NCBI GenBank assembly: GCA_965112155.1
Contig: OZ218102.1
From: Podarcis liolepis
Taxonomy: Eukaryota
Strand: one strand, 5' to 3'
DNA length: 64,000 nt
A program made the position numbers and the translations under genes. This document shows positions 39,454 to 52,500 of the stretch, in pieces; the stretch's first letter is position 1, and every line of letters begins with the position of its first letter. A model generated the notes under the pieces. It was not told the DNA's origin. It saw nothing but the letters and a program-made list of their open reading frames with translations, and searched no databases.

Positions 39454-40654
39454 CACTTGGCCAAGAACAATGTTCCCCACCCCTGCCCCAAATTAGTGGC
39501 TTTGCAAGTAGATCCTTTATGAAATAATCAAAAGCTGCCAATCTTGCAACAACATGCCACCAGTGTAGACAAGCTCCCTTTATAGAAAACTTAGGCTAGC
39601 TCAAGTCCAGGCTTGATGAGCAGGGAGTAAGCTTAACTGGGTCAGAGTTCTACCAGGAGCAGAGCACACCCTGGGATCCCTTCCCTTGAGTTCCGCCAAA
39701 GCAGTCCAGCTCTGCTTTTCCTAGAGGGGTTGGCAGAGGACTACCATATCTCTTTGTTAGAGAAAGATATGGAAGCTCACTGTTGTTGCACACAAAGTCC
39801 AACATAATGCCAGGCACTATTTAAAAAGAGGTTGCTATAACTCACTTAGCCCTACAGTTACCTGTATGTTACCATAAGGCTGTATCATCCCAGTAACTAG
39901 ACAACTCCCTGACTTCAGAATTGTACAGCTAACCGTGGTCCTGACCATGCCAGGAGAGTATTGCTAGCAGCCAAGGCAAACATGACTTTTGCTGGGAGAG
40001 TTACTGGCAATGCGCTCCATCAACATGGCAGACATCACTGCTGTACCCAACCCCTGAGCCACAGAGTCATAGTTAAGTGGCTCTTGAGTTGTCCCTTTCA
40101 AAGTCAGGTAATTGAAGAACATCTTTTAAGAGGTATGGGAGGCTTCTTGTCTACCCAAAAGCTTACCACAATAAATCAGTTTTCACCCTATAAACAGATG
40201 TATTCTCCACATCTTCATCTTACTCCCCTTTTAAGTGTAATTAACCAAGTGTTGTATATTGATAGAATTTAATTAAACCTTCAAAAATTCACATCACACA
40301 CACAAAATGGTGCTGTTGCAGCTTTACGTAGGTCTCCATGACTACCACAAGTACTGTTGCAGCATGAAAAAGTGTTCTCTAATGTAATGATCTTCAATTT
40401 AATGAACATAAGCCTCTTCTCAAAAGCTGAAAATAAAGACGGATTTTCATTTATAAACACCAGTTCTTTATGTCCGTCTTGCAGGGTGAAATGGGCATTT
40501 GGAGTATAAATGAAAAACATTCTTCCAAGGGAACAAAAATAAAATAAATCAGTTCTGCAATCAATCAAGGATTCTTTCTTTGAAGTTTTTCTTTCTTTCA
40601 CTACAGGCCAAGTAACAACAATTATGTGTTGGTTTCAGTTTTGAAAATCTGAGG

Positions 40655-40765
40655 CTGAAGCTAAGCAGATCGGGCTCTGGTCAGTGCTTGGGTGGGTGAC
40701 TCCCTAGGAAGCATATTCAGTATCTTGAGTTCCGTAACAGAATAAAAATGGGATATTAAAATAAA
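40655..40765 (+). mobile_element. 5S rRNA-derived SINE remnant
   Basis: GAAGCTAAGCAG..CTGGTCAGTGCTTGGGTGGGTGAC resembles 5S GAAGCTAAGCAG..CTGGTTAGTACTTGGATGGGAGAC. Confidence 0.65.
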
Positions 40766-43689
40766 CATATTTTTATTATCCAGAACATAGGTTTGCAGCT
40801 GTAGACATACCTTACCCAATTCTTTCTGTAAGAAAAAACAGGGTGACTGATTTGTTCCATGGGATGGTAGGAGTCATAATACTAGCAGAATGTGGTAAGA
40901 CTGAATCATTTCAGCATTTGGCAAGTGTTTAATTGAACAGCTATGTTACACACTCCTTGACCTGCTGAGATAGCATTAATAGCATTTTACCCAACTTCAT
41001 TCCCTGTTGCAAATCAAACAGCATTCGTAGAAGGTAATTTTCAGTTAATTCTAATAACAGTGGTAGTTAACACGTGTTCACAAATAACTATAGGATTGAC
41101 ACCTTAACATGGTGATGCTAGAAAACAAAATAAATTGCCCAAACCTGTAGTTGTGATATGTAAAAGTTCACAAATGAAGGATTTATAGCCAATTATGTGA
41201 TTGGAACTCTAGGAAGTGGCTATTTCGTTTGTCTATAAGCAAATTAGCAATTTGCTCAACTGTTTCTATGTGCAGGCCATAGTAGCCATCATTTCAGAAC
41301 CTCAAAATGTAATAATGAAATTGAGCAAAAATCTACTAGTTGTCTAAAAATAGTTTCATTTAGCAAACAGCACTATGAATGAGAATTAAAAGTTGTAGTG
41401 GCATAGGCTGCAAATACAAGCTGGCTTGAGAGGCACCTGAAATGTTAGGGTAATCAAAGATCATTTAAAAAGAAGCCTAGTGTTACAATGTTATGTAGCT
41501 ACAGACACGCTTTAATTAAGCAATTATGATAGTTGGGTTTCTGCTATATAGTATATCAATATTTAATAAATGTTTGCAGTTTAGCAAGACTATACAATGT
41601 TCTTGCATTTGTGAATGCCATTTTAGAGTTATAGCAAAACATGGCAGCTTTGAGATTCTGTCTGTTGTGTCCTTCAATGCTGAATGTAGCTAGTGCCCAA
41701 GATGTTGAAGCCAGATAGGCTGGTAATGCTTTGTAAAATATTACAAATCTAATGTTCATTGTAGTTGCAACAAAACATTTTGATGTTAGACATTTTAAGA
41801 CCTTATAGTTCCAGTTTTTGAAGTGCTGTCTTTTTTTTCTTTTTTAATAAATCTTCACATTGCAAAAATATGTCAGAAGTACAACTGTGATCTAGAGGAC
41901 CTTCTTGCCTCAAGTTTCAAAAGTAGCTTGATCAGGAGAGTAGAGGAGTTGGAGGAATGCTGTTTAGAAAAGCAGAAATGCTGCTGTGTGAATAAAGGGG
42001 TTTACTATATTATGGCTATGGTAATCAGAAATCAAGGGTGCAATCTAGTAAAAGCTGCAGTCTTAGGCATATTTATTCAGAAATGTACCACTGAATTAAA
42101 TTAAGTAAATTTAAGAATGCAGTTATGCAATCTAATCCAGGAAATGTTTACTCATAACTAAATTCTACTGAGTTCAGTGAGGATTACACGGGAGTAAATT
42201 GTGCACAGGACTACAGCCTTGGTGTCAATAAAATCAGTGAGGTTATAGAATAACTTTATGCATATCTACTCAGAAGCTAGCCCCATTGAGTTAAAAGGTG
42301 CTTTCTTCCAGCTAAATGTGCGTAGGCTTAAGCATGTTTGTTTGGAAGTGAATTAGATTGTGTTCAGTGGGACTTCCTTTCTAGTATGCTTCTGACTAAA
42401 AATGCATAATCAGGTTGCATGTCCCATTGATTTCGTTAAGAATTAGTTGTGACTAATCTCACCGGATTGTATCCAAAATGTAATACATAAAATAATCACA
42501 GCAGACATGTTCAAATATTCAGTTTCAGTAGCCTAAAAACAAAAATAGGAAAATGCATTATGCTCAAGCAGAAGAAACTTGAGCTGTTGTTGACTAATAT
42601 TCCCTGTATTGTATTGTTTCTTGTGTGTAGTGTATTGTTGTTTTTTTAAACTGGGGTGCATACAATATTTATTTTTCAACAGATATAACTTTGATTTTGG
42701 TGGATTTTCCCTCGAACATTCTACTGTATTTAGATGATCTAGTGGTTGAAAAATGAAAAGGCAAATACATTTTTATCATTTACCATTATTTTAAGTTACT
42801 AATAAATGGGAGGAAAGCACTTCACTATTTCACAATACTTACAGGAAAAGGGATTAAAGCTACTTCATTTCATTGGGTGGGGGAAAATATATTTGAATAT
42901 TCTCTGCAGACAAGGGAACGCTTACCAGCAGTACTTGAAGACGTAAGTTTTGACTGCATGTTACTTGAAAGATCTTACTAAGCTACTCTTTTTGGTGCAC
43001 AGCAGTTGTTGTACATTATTTCATGTTTATGTAGCAAGATGCATTTAAATTGTATTGAAACATATGTGTAAAAATTATTGTTGTGGAGATGGTCTGTTCT
43101 GGTTTTTTGTTTTTGTTTTTCTTGGTTTTTTTCTTGTATGTGTCATATCTGTTTAAACTTTTAAATGTTCCTTTAAAAATGTCCTAAAAAGGCAAGATAA
43201 ATTGCTGTCATTGAAAATATATTTTAAATTTTTGTCATGATTTTTTTTCCAAAAAAAAAATATTATTACAAAGTGTATCATTTCTGATAACACAGAACAT
43301 TGTGGATGGTTTCAAATAAATTTTATACTTCTATTTTGCACTTGATTGTCTTAATTTTTTATTTTCTATATTTCTTGGGCATTTTCTCTTCTGAAGGATA
43401 GTACACACAGCAAAGGAGCACTTTATCCATTCATACAAATGCATCTTTAAAGGGAAGTCCTTTAATAGTCCTAGTAATAGCTTGAAGCTACAGGTAAGAT
43501 TGCCCTTTCCCCACTTTTATCTGCTCCTGTGCTTTTAACAGCAGTTTCATCTGCAGGCATTAGCAGATGCAACTAAATTCCACCTCAGTGTCTGGAGTGG
43601 AAGCTACTCCTAGTGATTTCTGCATCTGAAGCTCCTGTTAAAGGCACAATTACTTTAGGAACTTAAAAAACAAGGAATTAAAACATAAG

Positions 43690-44280
43690 ACATAAGAAAT
43701 AAAGCAAACACAAAATTAGCCTAAAAACAATTTGCAGACGTTAAAACCTTGGGAAAATTAAAAGTGCTTCATCTGGTGCTGAAATGACACACCAGGCAAG
43801 TTCTCCTGGGGAAAGCATGCTGCAGTTAAGGTGCCACCACTAAGTAGGCCTTTACTGCTGTAGTTACCCACCACACCTCAGTTGAGTATCTTGGTATACA
43901 TGCAGACAAATGTGAAAACAAGCAGTGTTAAAGTATCCTGGAACCAAGCTTTTGAAAATCAAAACCAGCACTTATGCTTTCCAGGTATAATGTATTATAG
44001 CCTAATTGCAGTTTCCAAAGAGTCTTCAAAGGGAGCCCAATATATTATAGCACATTAATCTGTTATTAGCAGGTAATCGAGTTACTAGGGCATGGATTGC
44101 TGAGGTCAGGGTATCTCTGTCCATGTAAGCGGCTACAATAGAGGTGTCCTGATATTGTTATCGTTCCAAACTGTGCCACAGAGGCAGTGTGTACCTCCAA
44201 AAACACAGATGGGTCAAGGAGCACCCCAGACTCTAGCTTGTTTCTTTGAGGGAGTGAAGCCCAGTCTAGTGAAATATTAC
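43690..44280 (-). mobile_element. Decayed L2 fragment
   Basis: GGTGCCACCACT..GTCTTCAAAGGGAGCCC..ATCGAGTTACTAGGGCATGGAT corresponds to reversed L2 motifs (IHALVTR, GLPLKT). Confidence 0.55.
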
Positions 44281-45339
44281 TAGTATTAGTAAAATATTAC
44301 TCACCCAGGCAGTTTTCTACATTTCTAAATAGAGATGAGTGTCATCTGTATTTGAAGTCACCTCAAAACATGTTGGGAGACATGGCAGAACAGTGCAAGG
44401 TCCCATAGCAATAGATGGCAATAAGTGGAACTGCAGCTCTCTAGCACCATCTTCTTTCCAATCTCTGACCCATCCAGCCTGTCCAGAAGGACATCAAAAG
44501 CCAATGCAAAGTTCAGGAGAATCAACAGGATTATTGTGTAGTACGCCACTCTTTAAATATTTTAATTTAAATTGCTTTTTAGCTTTGGAAAGATAAGATA
44601 TGGTTTCACTGTTGGGAGTTTGTGATTAACAATGTTCTCTTCTGTCTTAGTTGCTTAATTAATTTTCACACTTGCACTATTCCATTGCACAGAAGCTAAA
44701 CACAATTGATCAGTTATTTTGGATTATTTTAGGGGAGGAAACCACAAATTGAAACTTTGTTGATTCCCTAAGGGTGACTTCTTTGACAGATGAACCAGCT
44801 GCTTGTCCTGAAAAGCTGTACTATTATGCTTTGTGGCATTTATATTGGCTGAGATTTTTTCTTCATCTGGTACAGCTCCTCTGCCGTTAAAGAGTTAAAT
44901 AGCTGGCAAAAATAAGCACGTTTCGCAACTAATGCTTGTTTTGGAAAAAGCATATGTGTCTCTTGTAGCTAAGTGCTTTCAAAATAAAACCGTATTCCTG
45001 TTGCTGATACAGTCATTAATATTGTGGCAGAAATCAGTGTGGTTTGTTCTTTTGTCGTCTTGTGGCGTTTAGTTCTGTTTATTTAGTCCACGGAACGCTC
45101 AACACTGGATAACCCACCAGCTTTCATTTAAATTGGCATTTCTAACTGTACCTGAAATAATTAAACTACAGTATTGGCGGTTGGAGAGAAAATGTGAAGT
45201 ATTCCCGTGGCGTGACTGCGCATTTGAGCACTGGAAATTTATAAGATTGGCCCAAACATATAAATATTAAAGCAGTAACATTTCGTTTTCTATTTTGGGC
45301 TCGTGGTTTTTCAACGCTTGGGGTGCATTCTGAGCTTCA

Positions 45340-46560
45340 GGTAGGCAGCGGGCGTCAGGAAGCGTTTCTGTTTGCCTCATGGCAGCGCAGAATCTGAGGC
45401 GCTTCTTTAGGCCCGAACCTTTCAACCTCGACATTCCCTCAAGGTGCCTACTCTACAGTAAGATGGCGCTGCTGTTATGACCCGCCAAGCAAACTGGCGA
45501 CGGAATACGACGTAATGCAAATCGAAAGACGGCTTTCCTCATAGGATTCTTCGCTTCTCGATCGTTAGGGGAGAGAGAGGGTGCTTCCCTTGACGCATGC
45601 GCGCCGTTACTTCCCTTCCTTGTTTTGGAGACGGCGACCCCATCCTCCCGGAGCACGTGTGCGAGGGAGGGGCGGAGAAATCTCACTTCGAGACGTCACC
45701 GAGGTGCGCGGCGCCCGAGTGAATCGCCCCCTCCGAACCGTCCGCGCTCGCGCTCCACTTCGACGCATGCGCCGTGCCTCGATTATCCGTGTGCGCGGGG
45801 TGTCGGAGGGGGTGGGGAATGTGCCGGAGGAGTTTGAAATGGCCCCTGTGAGTCCCTATTCGGCCCGCACCAGGTAAAGGGTCGTCGGGGTTGAGGCGCG
45901 TCAAAGGCGCCGAGGCCGGGTTGGCCGTTCAGAAGTGACGAGCCTTGAGGTTTCCGACAGCGGCCCTTGGGGGGGCTGGGCAATGCGAGAGAGGGAGGCT
46001 CTTCTCCCGGGCGGCAGGCGGGCCTCTGCCCCTCATTGTTGTTGCGGGAGAGAAGGAGGAGGAGGCGGCGCGTCTCCCGCGCCGCTTTCTCCTCGGGCCC
46101 CTGTCCCTCCACCTGAGGAGGAAGAGCGAGCGAGCTGGCTGGCCGTTTCGCCCTCAAAGGCCTCTTGTCTGTGTCCCCGCCCGCCCTCCACCCACCTCTT
46201 CTCGACCCCCACCCCGCGTGCCTCGTATTGCATGGGGAGCGCGAGAGCCACCCAATAGTTACTTCTTTGTTTCATTTCGTGAATTTCCTCCACTCGCATT
46301 CTCTCGTTCCTTATTTGTAGGCCTTGTTTGTGTCGCCCCCCCCCCAACGTATCCCATTAAATACAATTTATCTTCCATCCTGTCGGTGAGGTTTTCTTTG
46401 CAAGTGGTTCACACAGGACAATTGGACGTGTGATTGCTAAGAAGCGAGTCGGACTGAGCTCAGTTAAGCTGGCTGTCAGGTGCTCGCGACCTCGGTCTGC
46501 CTACGTGCAGGTTTCTAGTGGACGTTGCTTTTTCTCTCTCCCGCGCTAACTTCTCGGGAA
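45340..46560 (+). promoter_or_regulatory. CCAR1: CCAR1 CpG-island promoter
   Basis: Sharp rise in GC and CpG. NRF1-like CGCATGCGC at 45594 and 45764, YY1-like AAGATGGCG at 45460, TTTGAAATGGC at 45833. Confidence 0.88.
45770..45873 (+). other. CCAR1: CCAR1 non-coding exon 1 (5' end approximate)
   Basis: Strong donor CCAG|gtaaag inside the CpG island. CGCATGCGCC..GTTTGAAATGGC resembles the mammalian CCAR1 leader as recalled. Confidence 0.7.
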
Positions 46561-47205
46561 ACTTCCGTTTTCAAGAGATTGCTTTTCATCTTTATTCTCC
46601 GAATACATATTGCTTTGGAATGCAGTCTCCGTTTCTGGCTCAGGCTAAGTGTTTCAGTATACCTGGTATTTTCCCCTGCTCTTTCGCGCAGCAGCTCCAG
46701 TCGCTGGACTCCCCTAGGTTCACAATCGCTGATATTTACAGTGCAAAGACCTGTTCTTTAACTGCGGTGCCATTTTAAAGTCTGCAAGTCCATTAAACTT
46801 CTGTGAACAAAGCGATAGCGTTGCTCTTGGTAAGGTGCCATATTATGTTGCAGATGCATCCACACCTTGAAAGATGAGCTTCTAGAAGTCTTGGTTACAG
46901 CTACGTATTGAACTTTTGTCACAAACCAGGTTTTTTTATGCATTTACTTAGAACATCCAGGTGTTTATTTGCCTATGACTTTTGTGCAATCCTCCCCAAC
47001 CAAAGTTTAGTTTAATAATTGTACTATTGTTAAATTACTTTAAAAAGTTATTTGCCACATCACGCATTGAAAACCAGTCTGTCTAATCTGGAATAGACTT
47101 GCATTAAAATAATTTAAGTGTTAGTGTGGTTTTCATAAAGTTATTTATTTTGATAGGTCACAGTTGTAGAAGACTAAAACAGCATAAAGAATTTTGTCGC
47201 TCGCC

Positions 47206-47278
47206 ATGGCTCAGTTTGGAGGACAGAAGAATCCCCCTTGGGCTACCCAGTTTACAGCCACTGCAGTATCTCAGCCAG
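47206..47278 (+). CDS. CCAR1: CCAR1 exon 2 coding part (exon starts 47157)
   Basis: Kozak GCCATGG; encodes MAQFGGQKNPPWATQFTATAVSQP; donor CCAG|gtcagc. Confidence 0.96.
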
Positions 47279-49175
47279 GTCAGCGTTTATATTTCTTTTT
47301 AACCAGTAACTACTGCCTTAGCTTCAGTCTGACATTCTGCAAGGTTTCATACTTTTTGTCAGAGGAAACAAAAAAAAAAGAATAGTTCAAAGGGTTTTAA
47401 TTGATAAATTGGGTTGATTAAAATGCTTTGTCCAGCCAACAAGGTGATCCTGTTTAATTAGCAGAACTATTTTTTTAAAAAAATATTTTTTAATAAGTTC
47501 ATTAAAAATGCATGCCATCAAACACCTTAAATGAATAATTTATTCTGATGTGACAGATGAGGAATGCTTCTTCTAAGATTTTGCCACACATATGCATTAT
47601 CATAAAGATGGTGTGCTTTTTTCTTTAGTAGTATTTATTTTTCATATGCACATATATGTGGATTTAATAATTTTATCTAGGTGACATCCCTAAAACTCAG
47701 CAATTCTTTGGCATTGTGTTTATATGAAAAGGGCAGGAAATTTGCTTTGAATACATCATGCTTTGAATACATATTGGTGCCCCTGTTATACAGAGACTGG
47801 ATTTAGCATGAAATAGTAAGTAGCATATTTTGTTAGTTGTTGAGCCAACTATGCTTTGCAGTATACCACATTCAAACAAGTTATTAAAACAGGAATGCTA
47901 CATTTTTTCAGAAGCATGGTTTTCTTCCTTGTTCCCAAGTTGGTTTCTTTGCTGCTTAAAAGGGAAGAACCTGATAATTTTTACAGACTTGGGCCTTCAG
48001 CTGGTATTTTTCCAACTCTGTTTTCAAAGTTTTTGTAAGTGTTTAAGAGTTTGGAGCATGAAGTTCAAGGCTAAGAATGCTTAGCTGAACATATCAGAAT
48101 TTGTCTAATATATGGTCGCTTTACAAATGATATGTTGCTTTCTGTTGGTGCCCTTAGGTAAAATGGAAATAAAATTGAATGAGATCTAAATTACAGAAGC
48201 TTGAAGGACCAGTAAAATTTGAGAATGAGCAGTTTTAACTGTGAGGCCTGAAATGAAATGAAATTGTTAATTGCATAATTACTTCTGGGCTTTCCCCTCT
48301 AAGCATGTGCAGCACCTCTTTCATGATCATGGTGAGGCCTAGATGCTGATACTAAGCCCAATTAATATACCATGTTATTTACCATGTTATAGTTTCTCTT
48401 CTTCCCTCTCCCCTGCTGCATCTATTAGCTGGCAATAGCAGGTGCTTGCATACTCGTATGGTGCATCAGTTTTCAGCTCCATTTTTATTCTACATATATT
48501 TTGTAACAATTGTTTGAATAAATGCAGAATGATTTATATCATATACTGTTTTGTTAATTGTTAAGTAGCACATTATATCTTTAAATGGTTAAGTTACAGT
48601 TTGATACATCAGCCAGTATTGCATTTATTTTCCTCAAAATGTTTCTTCCTTGGCTTCAAAAGATCCAGAATTCATCTATATTTAGCATCAGATCATTAAG
48701 TCTGCAATGTGGTTTGAAAATGGCCAGTGATCTGGCACACCAAGAAGTCTTGGCGTAAAGCATACTCCATCCTTAATTTCCTATAACTGAATATACCTAT
48801 TAGCTTTAAGGCTAGGTTTTTATTATTGCTCTCAGTTTTATGTTCCAAGTGAAGAGTTGCTGAAGACTCCATTGCTTTGTTGCTTTGGATCTATCCTGCC
48901 AACTGTGTGTGTTAAGCCGCATGTAGTAAACATGAGCTATAATATTCTTTGGCTCTAAACTAAAGTTAAACCTTTTCTGCATTTGAACAGCAGCTCCTAT
49001 ATAAAAAGTGCATGTGCTGTATATTGGGGTGCAAGGAAGAGCCATTTCCCCACAAGCTTTGACTTACAGGAGGAAATCCTTAGTTCTGTTAAACCCCATG
49101 TTTGACCATGATGAGACTGTACTACCCACCCACCTCAAACTAAGATGTCCTAATGCTTAAATCCTACATTTTCAG

Positions 49176-49348
49176 CTGCTCTTGGTGTTCAGCAACCATC
49201 CTTACTTGGAGCATCTCCTACAATATATACACAACAAACTGCATTAGCAGCAGCAGGCCTCAGTACTCAGACACCAACAAACTATCAACTCAGTCAGACA
49301 GCTGCTTTACAACAGCAAGCTGCAGCCGCAGCAGCCGCATTACAGCAG
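49176..49348 (+). CDS. CCAR1: CCAR1 exon 3
   Basis: ttcag|CT..CAG|gtaaat; encodes ALGVQQPSLLGASPTIYTQQ..QQQAAAAAAALQQ. Confidence 0.96.
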
Positions 49349-50853
49349 GTAAATGGAACTGCATCTGCTGACTCCTATTTTTGTGCAGCCAGTGAGTGGC
49401 AACTTCAGTAAAACAAGCCGAGGTCCAGATAAACTTTATAATCTGCTTTGAGATTTTTATATGTAAAATGACTTTACTATTGTTTAGATACTGAATGTTA
49501 TATAGTTTTTATGTAGCCTGTCATGTCTAGAGCTTTCTTGTAGTCATTATACTGAGCCTCTGTTTGGTGTTCTCAAAATATCACATACCTTCAGAAATAG
49601 GGAAATCTTTTTAGTAGGGACAAATATTATTTGTTAGTTCACACTTCTGTAAACTAGAGTAAAAACTAGTGATGCGTCAAATTTTAATGCTTAAAACATT
49701 TTTTGGAGAAAGGTAGGTTTTCAAGGGATTTGGCAAGTCCCTAAACACATTCACATACCCCTTAGTGGCTTTCCCTAGTTCTTAAGTATGTTCATGGTTG
49801 TTGTTATTATTATTTGTTAGTCGCTTTATACAAAACTCTCAAACATGATATGCTGCTGCTATAGCATAATTTCGTTCCTCACAGTATGATCTTCACTATA
49901 GCAACATGATTGGATCTGGCTACGTGATGATGTCACTGAAAGTACCACAGCCCTCACATTGCTTTTATTCTTGAGGAAAAGAAGAAACATTTGCCTGTTG
50001 CGAAAGCAATTAGTCTGATGTTCCCAGCCAAACGATGCTGGTGATTTCTTGATGCACAGTACTGGCAAGCAGTGACTTGTGTCCTGATCCAGTTCTATTT
50101 ATATATTAAATTTGTACCCCACCTTTCATAGTTATGTGTGACCAGTTGCAACAGAATATAGATGAGAATGTGCATCCTATTAATAATGTAGTGTAGATCA
50201 ACTGCAGCTGTATGCAGATGTTGTCCTTGCCACTGTTTTTAATGGGATGTATTTCCAAATGTGTGGACATTCTGTTATAACTAGCAAACTGCAACTAGAT
50301 TTGAGTGAAGGAGTGTTGGCCTAATTCACCTTCACATATTTGCAAAGTGGTGTGAAAAATTGCAGAAAAGTAGGGGGCACTCTTCACAGGGGGTTCATGC
50401 AGGGCTCCTTTTGCTTGCCACTAATAAAATCATTACAGCATATCTGTCCCCTGTGGTTTAACCCAAATTAGGTCAAACTAGGATGTGTTGATGAACTAGA
50501 ATATTTAATCTGCAGCTGACATAACTGGGTGTTGTGATCTTGCGAAGCTCCTGTTCATTTCATTAAGGCTTGCTTATGGATATTTCATAGCAGATTGTAC
50601 TCGGTATTTGTTAATTTAGTTCATGTTGTAATATCTAGACTGATTTTTAAAAAACAATAAATGCTTTTCAGAGAAGATACAATACTGTTTTGTTCAGCTG
50701 ATGAAATAATAGAAATGCAAGTATCATCTTTTTTGTCTTAAACTTTATTTCTACAGTTTGGTTTTGCCATATTTACATTTCTCTGAGATTGTAGTATACA
50801 GATAAATCTTTTTGGAGTACTGTCTAGTTATCAATTCTGATTCTGTTTTTCAG

Positions 50854-50898
50854 CAATATTCACAACCACAGCAGACCCTCTATAGTGTACAACAGCAG
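50854..50898 (+). CDS. CCAR1: CCAR1 exon 4 (45 nt)
   Basis: tttcag|CAA..CAG|gtttgt; encodes QYSQPQQTLYSVQQQ. Confidence 0.92.
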
Positions 50899-51236
50899 GT
50901 TTGTTCACCTCTTTGTGTGCATATTGTCAGTCTCTTATTTGCTCTGTCTGAATTGGTCCGTAGTCTTCCAGTTCTGGATGTTAGCCCAAAAATGTATTTT
51001 AGTTTTATGTCGTTAAATACAGAAATGATTGAAATGTTTACATTAAATGACATGTAAAACCATTTGTCCACCAATATACCTCCCTACTTAACGTAGCCTC
51101 ACTTTAACATATCCTCCAACACTCATAACGTGGTGGGGGATTCAACAATGAAGTCTTATATTTCTCCCCCCAGTGTCACATCAGATTGAGCAATTTCAAT
51201 ATATGCTAACAAATTGTAAGACCATGTACATTTTTT

Positions 51237-51240
<4 letters not shown>

Positions 51241-51277
<37 letters not shown>

Positions 51278-51284
51278 TCACACT
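51241..51284. repeat. (CA)n microsatellite
   Basis: About 16 CA units, then CACT variants. Confidence 0.95.
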
Positions 51285-52324
51285 CTCCAGCGTATTTCCC
51301 CCACCCAAATAGCTACCTTCTCATAGTGGGTTGTATCCAACACTGCTGTTCTGCTAGCACAGCAGACTTCTGCTTGCTCAATGGAACTTTCCCCTCTTAT
51401 CTCTTTCAGCCTCCCCAGCCCACAACCTCAGAATCTGCTCCAGAGGGTTGAAAGACAATTCAGAGCAGATTCTGAGGACATGTGGGGAGACGAAGAAGAA
51501 GGGAAAGTGTCACTGTGAGCAGATCTCTGCAAATGCAGTGTGATATGCAACCCTACGTGTGCAAATTGCTGTGCCCTTATATTTGAATCTCTACAGAACC
51601 GTAGTGACTTAACTAAGGAATCTTGGAAACTGTTTTTCTGCTGTGATGAAACTGATCTTTATTGTTGTCAAAAAAAAGCTTCATTTGCTGGGTTCTTTGA
51701 GAAGAGTAATGAGGAGACAGAAGTTGGTCTGAGTATGGCAATGAGGAAAGTGGATGTACCCCAACCCTCATATATTGTCCTGGATACTAAGAAGGGGGAG
51801 GATTGGTCTTGCCTTATCCTTTGTATCACATCTTCCCCCTAAACCTCAGCCACTGGGGCAGTTCGGAATGGGCCACAAAATAAATGCACGTTATAATCTA
51901 GAATTTGTGGATGGGATAACTATATTGGTAGTGTTGGGAAATGTGCTTTCAAGGACTCATGTTTGGACAATAGACATCTGCTGTTGATACATGGTGATCT
52001 TGCCCTGCCACTGCCTTTTTTAGTCTTGATTCATCCCGTATTACATAAAAGGGAAAATCCCAAACCCCAGCCACTGGTCTGTGTGGTTTTATGGAGTTGT
52101 GGAGCCACTGCTGTATCCACAGCCCTACCATGCCAGGGCAAAAGTTGTGGGGGTAGGGTGCTAGCTGCAGGAGCCTGAACTTGACGCAGCCTGATGCCAT
52201 CACACAATGGTAATGATATCTGCTCAGGATCCAACATACCCTGGGCCAGCTCAGCCCACCCCACCTCCAGAATACTCCATTTTGGAACCTTCGGCTGGCT
52301 CCTGCTGGTGGGGGTCATGCTAGT

Positions 52325-52500
52325 AAAAGGTAAAGGTACCCCTAACCGCTAGGTCCAGTCACGGACGACTCCAGGGTTGTGCACTCAACTCGCTCTATGG
52401 GCCAAGGGAGCTGGCCTTAGTCCGCAGACAGCTTCCGGGTCATGTGGCCAGCATGACTAAGCTGCTTCTGGCGAACCAGAGCAGCGCACGGAAACGCCGT
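52325..52500 (-). mobile_element. Sauria SINE, 3' half
   Basis: AAAGGTAAAGGTACCCCT..GGGTCATGTGGCCAGCATGACTAAG..GGAAACGCCGT; matches 36850-37030. Confidence 0.88.

Larger units (their letters stand above)
30428..43340 (+). other. TET1: Putative TET1 3'UTR, possibly with alternative poly(A) sites
   Basis: AU-rich with no exon-like ORFs. AATAAA at 31313, 34075, 37501 and 43315, the last followed by a U-rich tract. Repeated TGGTGCT and TACTTGAA seeds. The distal end is inferred. Confidence 0.5.

Noticed and set aside
45453-46433. Multiple ORFs up to 162 aa
   Set aside because: Typical CpG-island artefacts across the CCAR1 promoter, exon 1 and intron 1.
49925-50018. GTGATGA..CTGA resembling a second C/D snoRNA in CCAR1 intron 3
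   Set aside because: No terminal stem adjacent to the boxes and no rRNA or snRNA complementarity I can recognise; a snoscan or Infernal run would settle it.
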